DNA of 53,199 bases, taken from Catajapyx aquilonaris (Eukaryota). A program made the position numbers and the translations under genes. Where the stretch lies: assembly GCA_000934665.2 (NCBI GenBank), contig KZ538239.1, positions 62,001 through 115,199 on the forward strand, written 5' to 3'. Shown piece by piece: positions 23,401 to 37,700 of this stretch; the stretch's first letter is position 1, and each line of letters starts with the position of its first letter. The notes under the pieces are model-generated. The model saw nothing but the letters and a program-made list of their open reading frames with translations, searched no databases and was not told where the DNA came from.

Positions 23401-26400
23401 TACACTACATCACTTTTGTATTGCAGTCCATACATTATCTCCGTCGTGCAACTTCGGTCATATTGATCTAACAACCCCTTACGGGACAATATTCGGACCA
23501 TATTTCAAGACACACGATACCATTTTTAAAATGCTGGGAACATGCAACATTTCCCCCAAAACTATCCTGTTGAAAATGACGACTCCCCATATAAAAAGCA
23601 TCAAAATTGACAGCCGGATGGAAAACCGCAATGGAAACATCTCCTTTTCCCCCTGCTGTGAAACAAACTCCGTCAACTATACATATACCCGACCGTTCTC
23701 CGGGGATAATCCATTCATCACTAGGTCCAAATAGCCATCAAGCCAGGTCGTTAAAGTGGCGCTGGGGGACTGGAAAGCCCGAAAAAAAATAAGGCTAATG
23801 TCACAGGCATTTGGACCCGAATTAGTCTTTTTTTTCGTCTGTTTTCTGATATACAGTCGGGGCGATATAAATTGTTCTGAAAAAAGAACGGTGGTGATTT
23901 CGATGAGCTGACTTTTGTGACAAATGGTGTCGACATAAATGAACCGTGAAAATGGAGGAGCTAGCAGAAGGCACCCCCCTATAAGATCCTGTTTGATACC
24001 TTTATTACGAGAGTTCGGATGCAGGTTAGTAGCTGGTTTCTCTGTGGGAGGGCTAACATTCCTACATTGTTAGCCGAAGGGAAATGGTTCGAAGGCCATC
24101 CTATTTGTTTGATTTGATGGATGCTAGGAAAAGAAGGCAAGGGGGGGGGGGGGGATAAGAATCGGATGTTCGTGCTGTTCGCCTTTTACTGCCCAGGTTT
24201 GTTGTTGTAATTTCAGATGACACAATGGGCTGGAGTCACACCATTTCGATGTTTATGGCCCGGCTGTAGGGAGTTTGGAGGGGTGGTAATGATCATGTGA
24301 ATGTTCCCAAAAGTCTATTGCGGCTAGTTATGGGGGGTGTACTAATCGGTTCCGTTAGGATGTAAAGGTTGGGGGGGGGGGGGAATTCATGTGATAGCAT
24401 TAACGATGAGTGTGTATGGACTTTAACATGTGAGTCAACAAAAATGTGTTCTGCATTTCAATTCTTCATTCACTCCAGGTAGTTGTACATATACTCAAAA
24501 TTTATTGCCAAAAAGTTTAGGTTTATAGCTTACTTTATTAGCTCCTCTTTTGAAGTACAACTTGCACAGCAGGGTTTCAGTATCGAAATATTTGCAGGCA
24601 AAACTTTAGTTACAAACGGGCAGCCTAATATAGTGTAAATTCAGAATGTGATGTGCAGAGGGCCTGCTGGCTTGATATTGCTCTTTGTACAATAAACTAT
24701 GAAGTAATAGCTCCTGTCACGGTTGCTCGTATAGTGTTAGTGTAAATGAACTTGACAAAGAAAACCAATTTTAGAGTTGCTCCATCACGTCCGTAAGAAC
24801 TTCAAATTAGCAAACTCGACACGGGGGGTGGTATGCAAAGGAACGTGTAACGAGTGTAAACTATTCGCGAACTTTTTTAAAAAAGTAAACGGAATGTTTT
24901 TCTATGCGACATGGCACTTCAATGTACCACACCAATCAACAAATTGGACAAAAATGGCTTCAGGTCCGCAATTTGTTCAAGTCGCTCCTGACAATTAAAA
25001 CCTGTCACACTGCAATCAAGTTTTCCGTGGCCTAGAACGAGGGCTCTTCGGACATCCCGAGATGTCCTGAAAGAGGACTCAAGGCAGGTTAACTCGCCCA
25101 ACCACAGACCAAGGTTTCTCGAAGGACGACTATAAATTTCACCCTCCTCGCATCTCAGTAAAAAAAAACTATATTTTATAATCAATTTTTTTTGCTGCTC
25201 AATGTAGGGCGATTACGCAAAAAAAGGCGTGGTTTTTTTATTGGCATGAGAAAAAAAACTGTTCGGAATATAAGCGATTTACGAGGTCCTTATTAATAAA
25301 ACAACACCAGGCGCTCATTGTGTTTATGGACAGGGTTAGACCTCCTTCAGATTAATTTTTTTTGTTGAGGTGCCTTATTGTAAAGACGTGATTCGAAGAG
25401 AAGGATAAATGGTGGACGTGTGGATTTTGCTGATAAAAAAAAGGAAAGGGAATTAATCTTTGTTCTGGTCCAGTTATGGCCCAATGTGTGTAGAGCAAAT
25501 GACTGGTTCTTTGGGACCAAACGGCACGATCACAGCTGGTGGTGATTTTTATTCCGGGAGGTATAATTTGTGACTGTAACCCATGAAGACACACCCCGGT
25601 TTATGACATTCTGACTGAATCGTGTGAATATGTCAGAGTCTAATGCTAAAATGCAAATAATAAAAAAAAGGTCAGACCGTGGCACGTGTGCAAATTATCT
25701 CAAGGTACACTTCGTAATCTGCTGCAACCGCACTTGATGTTAATGAATGGGGTTACAAGCGGCATGTTTTATTAAAGCCGCACTAAGATGTGGCTTTTGT
25801 GGGGATAGGGAATTACAGGTTTTGGGGGCCAGCCCGTATAATGCTGGGCTTCTTTCCTTCGAGGCTTGGAAAACTGCTATTTCAACTGGATGATGGTGAG
25901 ATTAGCTTGGGGTTGGATCCCGCTGCCCGTTTTTATTGCCCGCGAGTGCCAGAAGAGAAGGAGGAGAAAAAAAAACAACTATCGGACCTGTTGACTTGAA
26001 AGAAGTAGTGACCACTTTTTTTTCTCTCTCCCCCTTCCTCTCCTGGTCTCCATTCCTATCTGCTATCCGATGATAAGCTTGTCAGGGAGAGTAATTTGAT
26101 CTGATCTACACGGGCAAACACTGCTGCAAGATTGGTGGCCCGACACCTTTTTGCGGCTAGAAGCGGATTTGCCTGGCGTCATTTCGTAACAGGTGTTATT
26201 GGAAGTTAGGCTTCTCAAAATAAAGAAGCTGCCCGGAAGCACACGTTATAATGACATGACACTCCAATGCAGATGAAATCGGCTTTTTACGCTCATTCCG
26301 AAATATTTGGTGTCAAAATACGTACGTAGTCTACAATGTATTTCAAGAGGAACTATTTTGTTTTGGTTGGGAAACGGAGATCCGGCTTGTTGGTGGTGGT

Positions 26401-26452
26401 AGGGGGTGATTCGTGATTATTAGTTCACTGTTCATTCCAGTTTTAAAATGTC

Positions 26453-26505
26453 GGGGAAGAGAAAGGGGAAGACGAAAAGAGGGGAAGAGGAAAGGGAAGA
26501 GGAAA
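26453..26505 (+). repeat. Polypurine tract with GGGAAGA repeats
   Basis: 53 nt of A/G with a single C; four GGGAAGA units. Confidence 0.7.
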
Positions 26506-26803
26506 TGTGTGTGGTGTAAGTGTGATATACTGATTTTGCACCATATTGAAGGTAAGGTGCTTATCTTTGCGCTCTCCATATTTTCCTCTCTTCTCACCGG
26601 CAAAAAATTTAAGTAACGTCTTTGATCTGAATATTGCAGAAACCTGTCAATTACGGATTTTTTTAGTGTCCCGTGCGATTCCGCTATACACAGGTTTCAT
26701 CTTTAAAACATTTTCACAACTTTCGACAAGATTGTCACAAATGTAATAATAATTTGTTCAAATTTTGCAAACCCACAAGCCTATATATGCGACAGGTACA
26801 GTA

Positions 26804-26981
26804 CAGGATGACTAAAGTCTGGATACATAGGTAATTGGATTGTATTGTTGATTTCCAGTTGCGCCAAATACAGCAGATTGTTGACAGTCAGTGAAAGGAT
26901 GACGAGTTGACACAGTTTGTACAACTGGCAACCAACAATGCAATCCAATTACCTATGTGTCCAGACTTTAGAGTCATACTG
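26804..26981. mobile_element. Tc1/mariner-type MITE, 178 bp, about 60 bp terminal inverted repeats, TA target duplication
   Basis: TA|caggatgactaaagtctggatacataggtaattggattgtattgttgatttccagttg (26804-26861) pairs with caactggcaaccaacaatgcaatccaattacctatgtgtccagactttagagtcatactg|TA (26922-26981). Confidence 0.85.
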
Positions 26982-27765
26982 TACGAATTTCTTTGGATAA
27001 TATTTGTTACATATACCTTGGCACAGATTTTTAATATTGCAATTTTATATCGATTGAAAGGGTGTCTGGTGATGCATTTCTAAGTATACGAATTTTCCAG
27101 GGCAATTAAAACATGGAGTTGCAGCTAGGCAGATGTTTGCTGGAAATATTATCTGTCGCAATTAGTATGAGTAGGTAGGGAGTGTCAGAGGGATGGCCGT
27201 TTCTCTGAGTTGGCACTCGGCTAGAGACGTGCAATTACATCCAAATAGGTGGAAATTAACGATTAGTCACGGCTCACGGTGATGACACTCGGAGTGAATT
27301 GAATCTCAAACGCTTTCCAACCCGAACCAGACCCCTGGCGAAATTTTCTGGAAAATCCGGGGGTAGACAAAGACACAGATCTCTCTCCTCTGAACTGTGT
27401 AGAGATCAAGGAGGTGAGGGTCATTGTTACCATGTCACGGTCCTCGCCTTTGGCCATCATAAAAACGGCCGGCCTGGTGGGTGGGAGGTCCCCCCCCCCC
27501 CTCCTCTCTCTCTCATAAGCAGAAATATGCATATTGTGTGTGGGCGCCGCCGCCGCCTCGAACTTCAGATTTTAATCTTACAATCAGAGACGAAAATGTT
27601 GCCAACAATTCCGTCGGACGGATCGGACGAAATGTCTGAAGACAAATTTTATTTCTGCCAAATATATAGGTCAATTGTTGGTGGTATCCGGAAGCTGTGT
27701 TGTTGTTTGGGGGTGTGAATGACCACTGGTTTGCTCGAGGGGGGCGGGTCACAACTTGGGAGACA

Positions 27766-27826
27766 TGTCGGAGGCAGAGGCGTAAATCTTTGGGGCGCTA
27801 ATGAGAGACCACCGGGTTCGAAGGAT
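27766..27826 (+). mobile_element. Degenerate tRNA-derived SINE head
   Basis: gaggcagaggcgtaaa (decayed A box/D arm) ... ccgggttcgaa (B box GGTTCGAA at about 27815-27822) at tRNA-like spacing; no cloverleaf can be completed. Confidence 0.35.
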
Positions 27827-29886
27827 CGTAATTTTTTTTTGGGGGGGTGGAAGGTGCATATGGAAAACATTGTTTGTATTAGTAATATCAAGAGGATTAT
27901 GATCGATGAGGAAAGTGGGTGAAATTTATTACGAGCGGAGTGGACATGTCAGAATATTCGAAACACAAAAATGTGCGGTGCTTGCAAGTTTTTTTTTTTT
28001 TTAATTGTCTGATTATGTGTTAGTCATTCTTGCAGTGCGCAGAGTCTTCCGATCAATTATGGGGGGTATGCACCCGGTCACTGGTTAATTTATGGTGGGC
28101 CAATGAATTAATTTGACTGCCCGTACATAAATAAACACTGTCAACCACTTGACACAGAAGAGAACTTGAAACGTACCTGTGTTGCGTGACAAATGAACAT
28201 GGATCCACCCTGCAGCCCCCCCTCCTTTAATCATGGATATGGGCCTTCACACAGAGACAAAAGCGAACAATGGTAGCTTAAATAATTTCCAGCACTTAAT
28301 TAATAGCACTAACAAGTTAGTCTGCATATATGCTATATTGCTGTACTATATACCCGGACACCGAAGGCTCGCCCAGGAGTATAAAACATGAGAAAACTCA
28401 AACACTGCTGCTCTGCCTACATAATTTAAGCGCTGTTTGCTGTGCGTTAGCATGCTGCGGTATGAGAAAGTTGTGGCGAAAGTTTGTTCAGATATTGTTG
28501 GAATTAGTCGGCCGTCCGGGGGATGTTTTTCCAGAAACAATAAAAGGACACTTCAATATATTTCAGCTTTTTTTCCCCATCGGAATAATCGCGGAATTTA
28601 TTTATTTTTGCACTTTTTTTAGCTAAAAACGACGAATATGAATGTGACAATATATTGAATGTAAAGTTCAGTTACCGGAACTTCTGCGATTATTTTTTGC
28701 ATGTTTTGGCGAAGTAGGTGCGGCCATCTAACGTGCTTGGTATGAATCGCTAGCTTGTCATCAGGTTTAGAGGAACTCTGGCGGCTGCAGCCCTCAACAG
28801 ACGAGCCAGGATTAAATCAACCAGCAGCAATGTTCTTGTCCGACAACCTTCTCGAAACGAGCGAATTAATTGGCCGAAGGGTATGAGGAAAGCCGTAAAT
28901 CATCGCAGCCCGAGCAATAATTTCAATCAGGCGTCGAACGGTTTGTTAATCGGTTGTATGGAACAGAAAGGTGTTATTCGAAGCGGTAATGATTTTTGAT
29001 GGGCACCCGGTGATGTTTATGAGTCTATCGCCCACACGGATATGTAATCGGGAAGTGACTGACTGCAAGGTTACGGTGTACCTCGAGGGTATAGAAGAGT
29101 GTGTGCGAAATATGTGTACGCCACAATTTTCAATAGCGAAAGGCTCTCTCTGGGTGGTTCAAAAATTGAATGAGTGCTCTGCATGCACTTTTGCTAATTG
29201 AAGCCCATTTCTATGCACATTATTGATGGGGGACGATAGATGTTGCCGTCTGGCACTCACTGTCACTTTAAAAAATGAAAATCATTTAGTACGCTTCATG
29301 TAATGGCAAAAAAGGCGAATGTGGACATTTCTGGCTGGATTTGACGGGATTTTTTTTTTTTCCAGCCAATATGTGAGCTAAATTTTGAAACACACGGTAC
29401 ATTTGGAAGTAATGGACAGTGTTGGCGGGGAAAGGTGTCGGTTCAGTTTGAGCAGCTTTATCGATATGTGATGTGGCAGCAGAGGCGCGACTAACTGACT
29501 CGTGAGATCGGCCACTACGAGCAAAATACACATCCCATTGAGTCGCGGTTTCAAAATTCAATTTTGCGTAATCGGATAGTATCGATTGGGCAAAGCTGTG
29601 CAAATGAAAGATTGGGGGGCTTTCCAAAAAAAAAAAAAATAGGATGATCCAAATTAGCAATTTAGATGATGCTTCTCATTTAGAAAATTAAAACGCAGCT
29701 TTTTCCCAACCCAACCCACATCCCATAACCTCCATCCGTCGGACTGGTGTGCCAATATTTGATTGTTGTAACGCATGCCCGCCTATATGACACTACTGTA
29801 CACATACTGTGGTGGCGTCAAGTTCGGGTTTGATCTGTTCTAGATCAGTCAATTTGCGGCAGTGAGTCCTGATCCACCGGAATATA

Positions 29887-30080
29887 CAGGGTGTGTCAAT
29901 AACTATTCGGACGTGAATTTTCCAAGCATCAATAGATCACTTTATGTAGATGTGTCACCGGGTGTCACACCGCCTCGAAAGCCTCGCAACTTCTGAGATA
30001 ATGAGCTTCATTTAAAATGCAAGTGTCACAATTTACACTTTTATCCAATATATTCTATCGAATCATTACTTGACACCCTG
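29887..30080. mobile_element. TA-flanked MITE with CAGGGTGT termini, 194 bp
   Basis: TA|cagggtgtgtcaataactattc ... gaatcattacttgacaccctg|TA; imperfect terminal inverted repeat of about 20 bp typical of Tc1/mariner-derived non-autonomous elements. Confidence 0.65.
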
Positions 30081-31734
30081 TAACATCCGATGTCGAATAT
30101 AGGTCAATGCACGTGGGCTCCATTCACACGCTCATTTATAACGGACCATGTACTGTATTAGCTCGCTCTCCAAATGTGACAGCCTGATGAAAATGCACTA
30201 TTTGTATATCTTTTATTCAGCGTGTAAATCATACGCGTAGTTCAACAACTAATCTGAAATGGGAATTAACTTTTATGGGCGTTGATTCCGGAATGATTTA
30301 TCGGGAAGAGAAATGGACTCTGGCTGGCAATTGGAAATGGGCTATAGGGCGACATAATCCTCCGTTAATGTCGCGCCACGTGCTAATTCGCTCTAATTTA
30401 AACCTGAAATAAATATATTCACTGCGGCTTTTAAAATAGCTGCAAAGTACGTGGTTCTGAACTGTAATAAAATTTATGTTAAGAGCAGTTTAGGGGAAAG
30501 ATGAGCTTAGCGCAGGAGTTTCCCTGTACAGTCGATATAAATGATTGCAATGACATGTTGGAGACAATAATTCATCTCTAAGTCTTTTCATGGCTGCATT
30601 CCTCTGACGCACATGTTGACGCAATGTGCAGCAATCAAGGTGAACAACTCCAGGAAGTGAACAACCTGCACATACTTGAGGACAGTTTGACCTCCGAACA
30701 AAAATTGTCAGGCTCCCCAACAAAATTTCTGTATACTTTTTATCAGGCATATGATACACGACCCGCAATAATTTAACCAGAAGCGCAACAGCATGATCAC
30801 GGATTCACACATGATAATTACACTTTAATCATGTCGAGAGGCGGGTGTGTAAAAATTGAAGCAAAACCTTGTTCCTTTTTATTTACGACGCCCTCGAGTA
30901 CTATACACGGGGCATTGAATATAGTGCACATACACACGTCGGATTCCGAACGCTGTTTGAATTTTTTTGGGGGGCTTGTGATTAGTTGTCAGCAGGAAAA
31001 AAGTTTGTGGGCATGAAAGCCGAATGAATGCGTTTGAAAGCTCGCTGGTTGTTTACGCGCCTTTTTTTTCATAGCTGGCGATTTTTTTTTTGCAAAAAAA
31101 ATGGCCCCGACAGCCTGTTATTTTTGCGTCCGATGGAAATGATGTTGTATGGCGTATACGGGGGAAGTTACACAAATACATCAAAGGAGACTGCTGTTTA
31201 GCGTTTTGTTCTGGAATTAGTCTGGTTTCCTCCCCGGGTCTTTTGTGCGGGGCCCCTCGGTTGTTGAAATCCTAACTGTGTGACATTTTTAGTGATGCAG
31301 CCCCGATTTTGATAAAGGAATAATCACGGCGGAAAATCCCTTTGAGGGCTCCTAGTTTTATTCAATTATGCGCATATGCGATACGGTTTCAGATTCAAAA
31401 AGGTCTAAGAGCGTTGGTAAAAATATCCTGTTGTGCAGGATAAAAAAAATCTAGTCGCGTTACAACCAAAATGTACATGCGTTACTGGTTATGACCTCTT
31501 ACGTTACAATCGTGATATACCTCCCTGTTGGCATCTCTCACTCGGGAATTCCCTACCCGAAGGCGTATACATCTCTCGCCTCTCTCCCAGCACCTGGCAA
31601 ACCTGCCTTTCAAGGACAAGGTGTACATATTAGACACATGCCCAGACTCTCTTCACGTCTTTTTACTTTTTTAGTTTAGTCCACTCGCGGCCATCAGAAG
31701 CATAGGGGGCATAAATATCTATTTGACAAAAAAG

Positions 31735-34700
31735 ATGGCGGTGGAACTTCGGCTGAACAGTGTGTCTTTCGAGGATTCGGTGACAGTGTCGGATGATGGT
31801 GATGACAAGTCGGAGGACAGTCCGGTGGTACAGAAGAAGCTGAGTTTAATGGAGTTGGAGAACACGAGGGATAGGGCTTGGAGAAAAGCGTTGCAGGATT
31901 GTGGTGTCGGGTTGAGGAAATCGGACGACGGAAGGTTTACCAAGGATGGATTTATCAGAGTGATGTCTGACAGGGTGAGTGCTGCATCAATTGGTTGCGC
32001 TGCAAAATGGTTTTTCATGGAGTGATGCGAGGTTCATGGTGCGTGATATTGGCCGAAAAAAAACACATGCCCTTGAAGATTCAGCCTTGTGTTATTATAG
32101 TGGGTGTAGTAATTGGACGGAATGATGTGAATCTCAGAAGCCCGCGCCCACATTTTTTTATACATAATGCTGCGTTTTAGGAAACATGCGATCTATGCTT
32201 GAGGTGTAAGCATTGTTGGATATCAAGCTGTTAATGTCACGGGTATAGAGAGGCATGTGGGAAAATGGACACACGCACTTATGCAAATAGCACTGTTGTG
32301 AAACGTGATATTCTGGATTCGTTATTAGCTGAGAGGAGCGTCACATGGAGCAACAGTATTTTGCGTTTGTGTTTGTTTAGAACAGTACTGACCACGTGTG
32401 AAAAAGGTTTCCAGCTATTTTTAATTGGTTATTTAAAAGAGCCTATAATGCCTGCTGTTTAGAAATGGCCGATAATAAAATTTAAACATAACAGTATGCA
32501 CCTAACTGTTCATTATTCCCAATATTGTGATGCATGATATGAAATGCGTACATATAGCGATGCTCTCAAAACTGCTGCGATAGACTTCAACAGTTGTGCT
32601 GAGTTAAGCCTGCCACTTATGTTAATGTTTTAATGCAGGGTGCTAAGCAGCTTCAGCAACATTTGACAGCAGGTGCCGCGTAATCCTAATTTACTGTACA
32701 CTTATTACACAGCTCGTGACTGAGACATCGGTGGCCTTGAATTGTCTGCGTATCTCCCGATAAGGAAATGAACTCTTAATTAAAAGCAGGGGTTATATTC
32801 TTCAATAACAATCCAAGTAATTAATTGAAATGTTTCTTGTTTACTGAGATGTTCATTTAATTATTCTGAGTGGCTTTTCGATCTTTACTTGTACAGTAGA
32901 ATACAATGCTTGCATTGTTCAAACACGATTGAAATGTGTTGAAAAATGCCTTAAGTAGGCCTAAGTTTGGAATTGTGTTTTTTTTGTTAAGACAGTATGG
33001 AAACAACTCACATTGAGCAGAATAAGGTAATAAAACTTTAATTTCACAAGGAGTGTGTGTAGCTGCCAATGACTCATATTATCAAAAATTACTGCAATCG
33101 TAACAGCTACATAACAAGTAGAAATACCATGCGCAAAATATTATTTGAGTGCACATGCAGTAAGCACCTGAAAACCTGATCTTGACAAAACCGTGACCTT
33201 TCAAAAGAGTCGCTATGCACCGAAGTCCATGCAATAATTTATCCAGCTGCAAAACCGGATCTGAGATGACGTGAATCTCCGCCCACCTCAAAAAAACCCA
33301 CGTCTTACACATCCAGAAGACTTTGAAAGGCCTTCCCTCTGCCACAACACGTTGATCCTCACTTGAACATTTTTTTGGACGACTGCCGGATTTGGAATTC
33401 CCCTAGGCCTCTCCCTCCCGAAACATTTCCTTGCCAATTACTGTGACAACGGGCAGAAAAGTTCCGTCTACTTTTTGCCAATTCCTTCTATTTTTTGGGA
33501 GGGGATGTTGTCATGCCTCTGCACTCGTCTGTCTCGCAGCAGGAACGAGGACAGGTGTCGTCAAATTGGTGACGTCTTATCAGAAGGACGCCCCTCCTTT
33601 TCCCCTTTGCATAAAAATTTCTAGGAATTTCCAGCCTTGAATTGGGTCGAGGTCTTTGTATTGCTAAAGGAAATGTGCATATTAAAGGACAGGTTTTATT
33701 AATGTAAATTAAAGGAAAACAATTTCTGGTTATGTATTAACACCTGCACTTTGCGTTCATACAACCGGGCCTTTGGTGCAAATAATTGCGAAAGTTTTGC
33801 CCATTATGCCTGGCAGTTAAAGGTCACAAACTGTGCTTGTTTCGCAACTTTTAACTATGGCGGAGTTACTGTAAAATGCTGTCACGATTGGTTACGCTGT
33901 GGCGAACAATTGCTGACGAATTTTACATAACCCTTAATGAACGTGCAAATGGCACTAGGTGTGTAACACTAAATTCTCTTAAGCAGTAATTAAGGCCTTC
34001 CATTTGCAAATTACGGGGCCAGCTTGATTGGAAAAGCGGCTCAGAAAATGTAACTTGTTTCACCAAAACCGGCTTGTATTTCCATCACTAATGAAGGCAT
34101 GACCTTGCAGGAACTACTGCGGAAGCTGTTTGAACTATTTGACCACGAGAGAAAGAATATCCTCAACCAAGACACTTGGATCGAATTTCTCAAGCAAAGA
34201 CTGGCGTAAGTTATCCACTCTATATTTAAGTCTGCTATTCAATATTTAATAAAACTTGAAAGCCTGCTTAACCTAACCGATGAAAGTTTACACTCAATTT
34301 TTTTTTTCTAACTCTCTTCTACCCCATCTCATGATGGTGAATAATTGGCCTAATGAAGTTTTACCGTAGTACGTCGCTGGAATAATATAGTCGGGGGTGG
34401 GAAGCGATAACCACTTTTGGCTACTTGACTTGCAAATTCTGAATTCAAACGCGAAATTATCGGACACCATTCCATAAAGCAGGCCCGTTAAGTGTTTGCT
34501 GAACCACTTTCACCCACTAACTGGTAGCCAAGAATCAATATTTTGAGAGTCACATCAGTCATCCTCTCTCAATTTTTTTTTTTGCAAAAAGGACGTGTTG
34601 GGCCTGGATTTGTGGTGCACTTGTCACTTCTAACGCTGTTTTTTCTTCTTCCACATCCTTCCCTTTTTTGCACTTTTTTTGGGGGACTAGAGAGGAAAAT

Positions 34701-37700
34701 CTGCAAATCGACTTCGCCGAGGTGATAGAAAGTGTGGCATATGCTGTCTGCGGAGAGGAAGATGTCGACTATGACAAGTTCTGCCAGATATTTAAAACCA
34801 GAGGGGTAAGTACACTATCGATTATTTAAATTTTTGGAATAATTTCATAATGTAAGAAATATTTGAAAACGTCATTGAAATTAATACAAAAATTTTTTCT
34901 GACTTCAAATCGACAAACATCACGATTTTTGATTACGTCACGTCCAGTGTGGGCTGAAAATATGCGAATATTTTTGCAATGTCATTTATATTAGCCTTGA
35001 TTTCAGGTGCTGAACAAACTCTTCCGATTGGTGGACCAAGACGAACACGGAGTTGTGACTGCCAATCAAGTGATGGAATTCCTCAGCACCCTGACTTCCG
35101 CACGGTAAAAAAAAACTATAGGATTTCGCGAAAATCGGATTCCTTTTTCCCCGTGTAATTCCCGCTTTGTTTGTGGCTAAGGGGATTTGACTACGACCCG
35201 AAAACAAAATCGCATCCTCCCCAACCCATCCCCCAACTGCATTAACATTACGAGGTTGAAGCGTTTGGGACACTGGGACAATGTGATGGATCGGATTTTT
35301 TTTTAACTAGTCGGATTATTATCACCACACGGTTGTGAGTTGCAAATCTATTGCGCGTGACGTGACAATAGCAGTAATCCCTTGAAAAGTAGTGTTTAAC
35401 ATTTTTTTTTTCACCGTCCTGTATATGTACTGTACTACCTGAGAGCAGAAATTGCGCCAAGAGAGGGCCAAATGATGGAATAAGCCTGGCGGGATGGTTT
35501 TTGAAACAGCAAAACATAAATGAATGCCTGGGTTATAATTCGGGGTGGGGGGGGGGGACGGGAGAAAGGTCCCTGCACCTATGGTAAATAGAGATTAAAA
35601 GCATGCATGCGTGCATGGAAGTGGCTGGATGATGGGCTTTATGCTTGGGCACGGAGAGAGAGAGGAATCCGGGGGAAAACCTGCTCCGGATTTTTTTATA
35701 TGTAGAATCAGGGGGGCATGTAATTCATCCTGGTAGAATAGGGGGGACAGCAGGGTATTACTGTCCGATTTGGAAATTGTAGCCGTCGCGGACGGAAAGG
35801 GACAGTATTTCAAAAGAGAGAAGGAAGAAAGGCTGCAGCTTTTTGAAACGTAACTGTGCCCGTGAAATGTAACTTTTTGGGGAGTGCTTGTGTGTCAAAG
35901 TAGCTGGGACGGTAAAGTTATTCAAGAAGTAGCACAGCCCTGTGAGCAAAAAGGGCATTGATTACAGTATAAGGATCAGTATGTCACTGTAAATGAATCC
36001 GTAATGATGACAAAGGCCCACCTTTTTTTCTGATATTGGTTATTGGTAAATAATGTCCTGTGCATGAACAGATATCGTTGAATGCATGATGTCCTAATTC
36101 TACTGCATGCCATTTAAAAAAACAACAACATTTACTTCAGAAATGGACCTTGTTCACAGATGAAATTGCTTCCATCGGTTAAGCATGAAATGTTATACAT
36201 TCTTTGCCTCTCGTGTCCAGTTTGAAGAACTTGAGCCCCCTTTTTTTCTCGTCGATTCAATTGAATTTCAAAAGGTTGCTAGATAAGCAAGTAGTGCGTT
36301 GCTACTAAGCGTTTCCTTCCAGACTGCTGGATTAAAGGGTATCGCATGAGTGATACGTTTCTTTTTGACAGCTCACGTGTGGGTCTTACCAAAGAGAACG
36401 TGCAATGGCTGGAGAAGGTGTTTAGAGAAACGGTCGGAGATAAGCCGGAGATCCACCTGCACGACTTCACCAAAATTGTCAACTCTAAAAACGTGAGTAT
36501 ATCATTTCACTATTTCTGTACTTGTTAAATTGTCTTGGGCAGTATATATGTTCACTTGAAATTGTAGCTTTTCGAATAGGTCAATTGACCGAACAGTAAC
36601 ACTAATGGAGAGGGAGCTATTTCAAGAGTGTAGAATAGGCGAAAGCTATTCAGAATAATTTAGAGAGTACTTGAGGGTTTGCACGCTCCAAACGCAGTGT
36701 CATCAGTCCGTTTATACGATAACGAAACAGAAACCCAAATGCGGTTATCAGCTCACGTTCAGCTCAATTGTGTATGTACAATTTGAACCGCCTTTGCTCC
36801 GCTTAAAGTAGCGTGTACGCCTCCCCCATATTGATTCAAAGAGCTTTATACCCGACCAGCTCCTGCATGGCTTTTGTAGTGTCAATCAGTGTCAGATAGG
36901 CCCATAATTTTTATGTCGCTGCTGTTCCTCCAAAAACCCACATTTTTGAACCCATGGAATATAAACTCGCTGCAGCCCTTCTTCACGCAACGGGTGTTCC
37001 AAATATTCGATCGTGACAACTCCGGGAGCATCTCTCTTCAAGAGTTCATCGATGCCATGCACCAGTTCGCCGGACAATCCCCTGAGGATAAAATCCGCTT
37101 CCTGTTCAAAGTCTACGACATCGATGGTGAGACACTCCAACAAACACTGCTTTTATTCCCCCGTGTTATCTGTCTGAGAAAAACACAAACTTTCCTTTGG
37201 CAATTGGTCCAACAAGAAAAGAAACACTTCTCACAGAAATTCTTTACAATGAACATTAGAATGTTTTGCACTAACCCTGACTGATTTCTTTGCTAACTAA
37301 TAAGCTGCTGAGAGAATCACAATTTTTTCCTTGCTTGTTGGATCACCCTGTACAAAAAAGAGTGAGAAGCGTGTAACTCTGCCCGTTCCATTCCCTATAT
37401 GAAATGGACAGGGGACGGTCTGATTCAGGCCAACGAGTTGGAGGACGTGATCCGAGCATGCATGGAGGAGAACTCGATGGATTTCAGCGACGAACAAATT
37501 GCCGACTTGACGCTGGCCATGATTGAGGACGCGTATCCGGACTCTGAGCACCACGACGCCATCACTTACGAGGCCCTGAAGGCGCAGCTGGAGAAACACG
37601 AAGGCTTGCAACTGAATCTGTCCATTAGGTGTGTACGAGCCAAAGGATACTTTTTGTCAGCAAAAAAAAGGTGGCAATATGATGCGTAAACAAAGTTTTT

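Noticed and set aside
24070..24098. A-box and B-box-like motifs (TAGCCGAAGG, GGTTCGAAGGCC)
   Set aside because: Only a few nt apart, too close for a Pol III internal promoter; no cloverleaf.
25044..25075. Small hairpin ctcttcggacatc-ccga-gatgtcctgaaagag
   Set aside because: Short enough to be expected by chance in 53 kb; no context.
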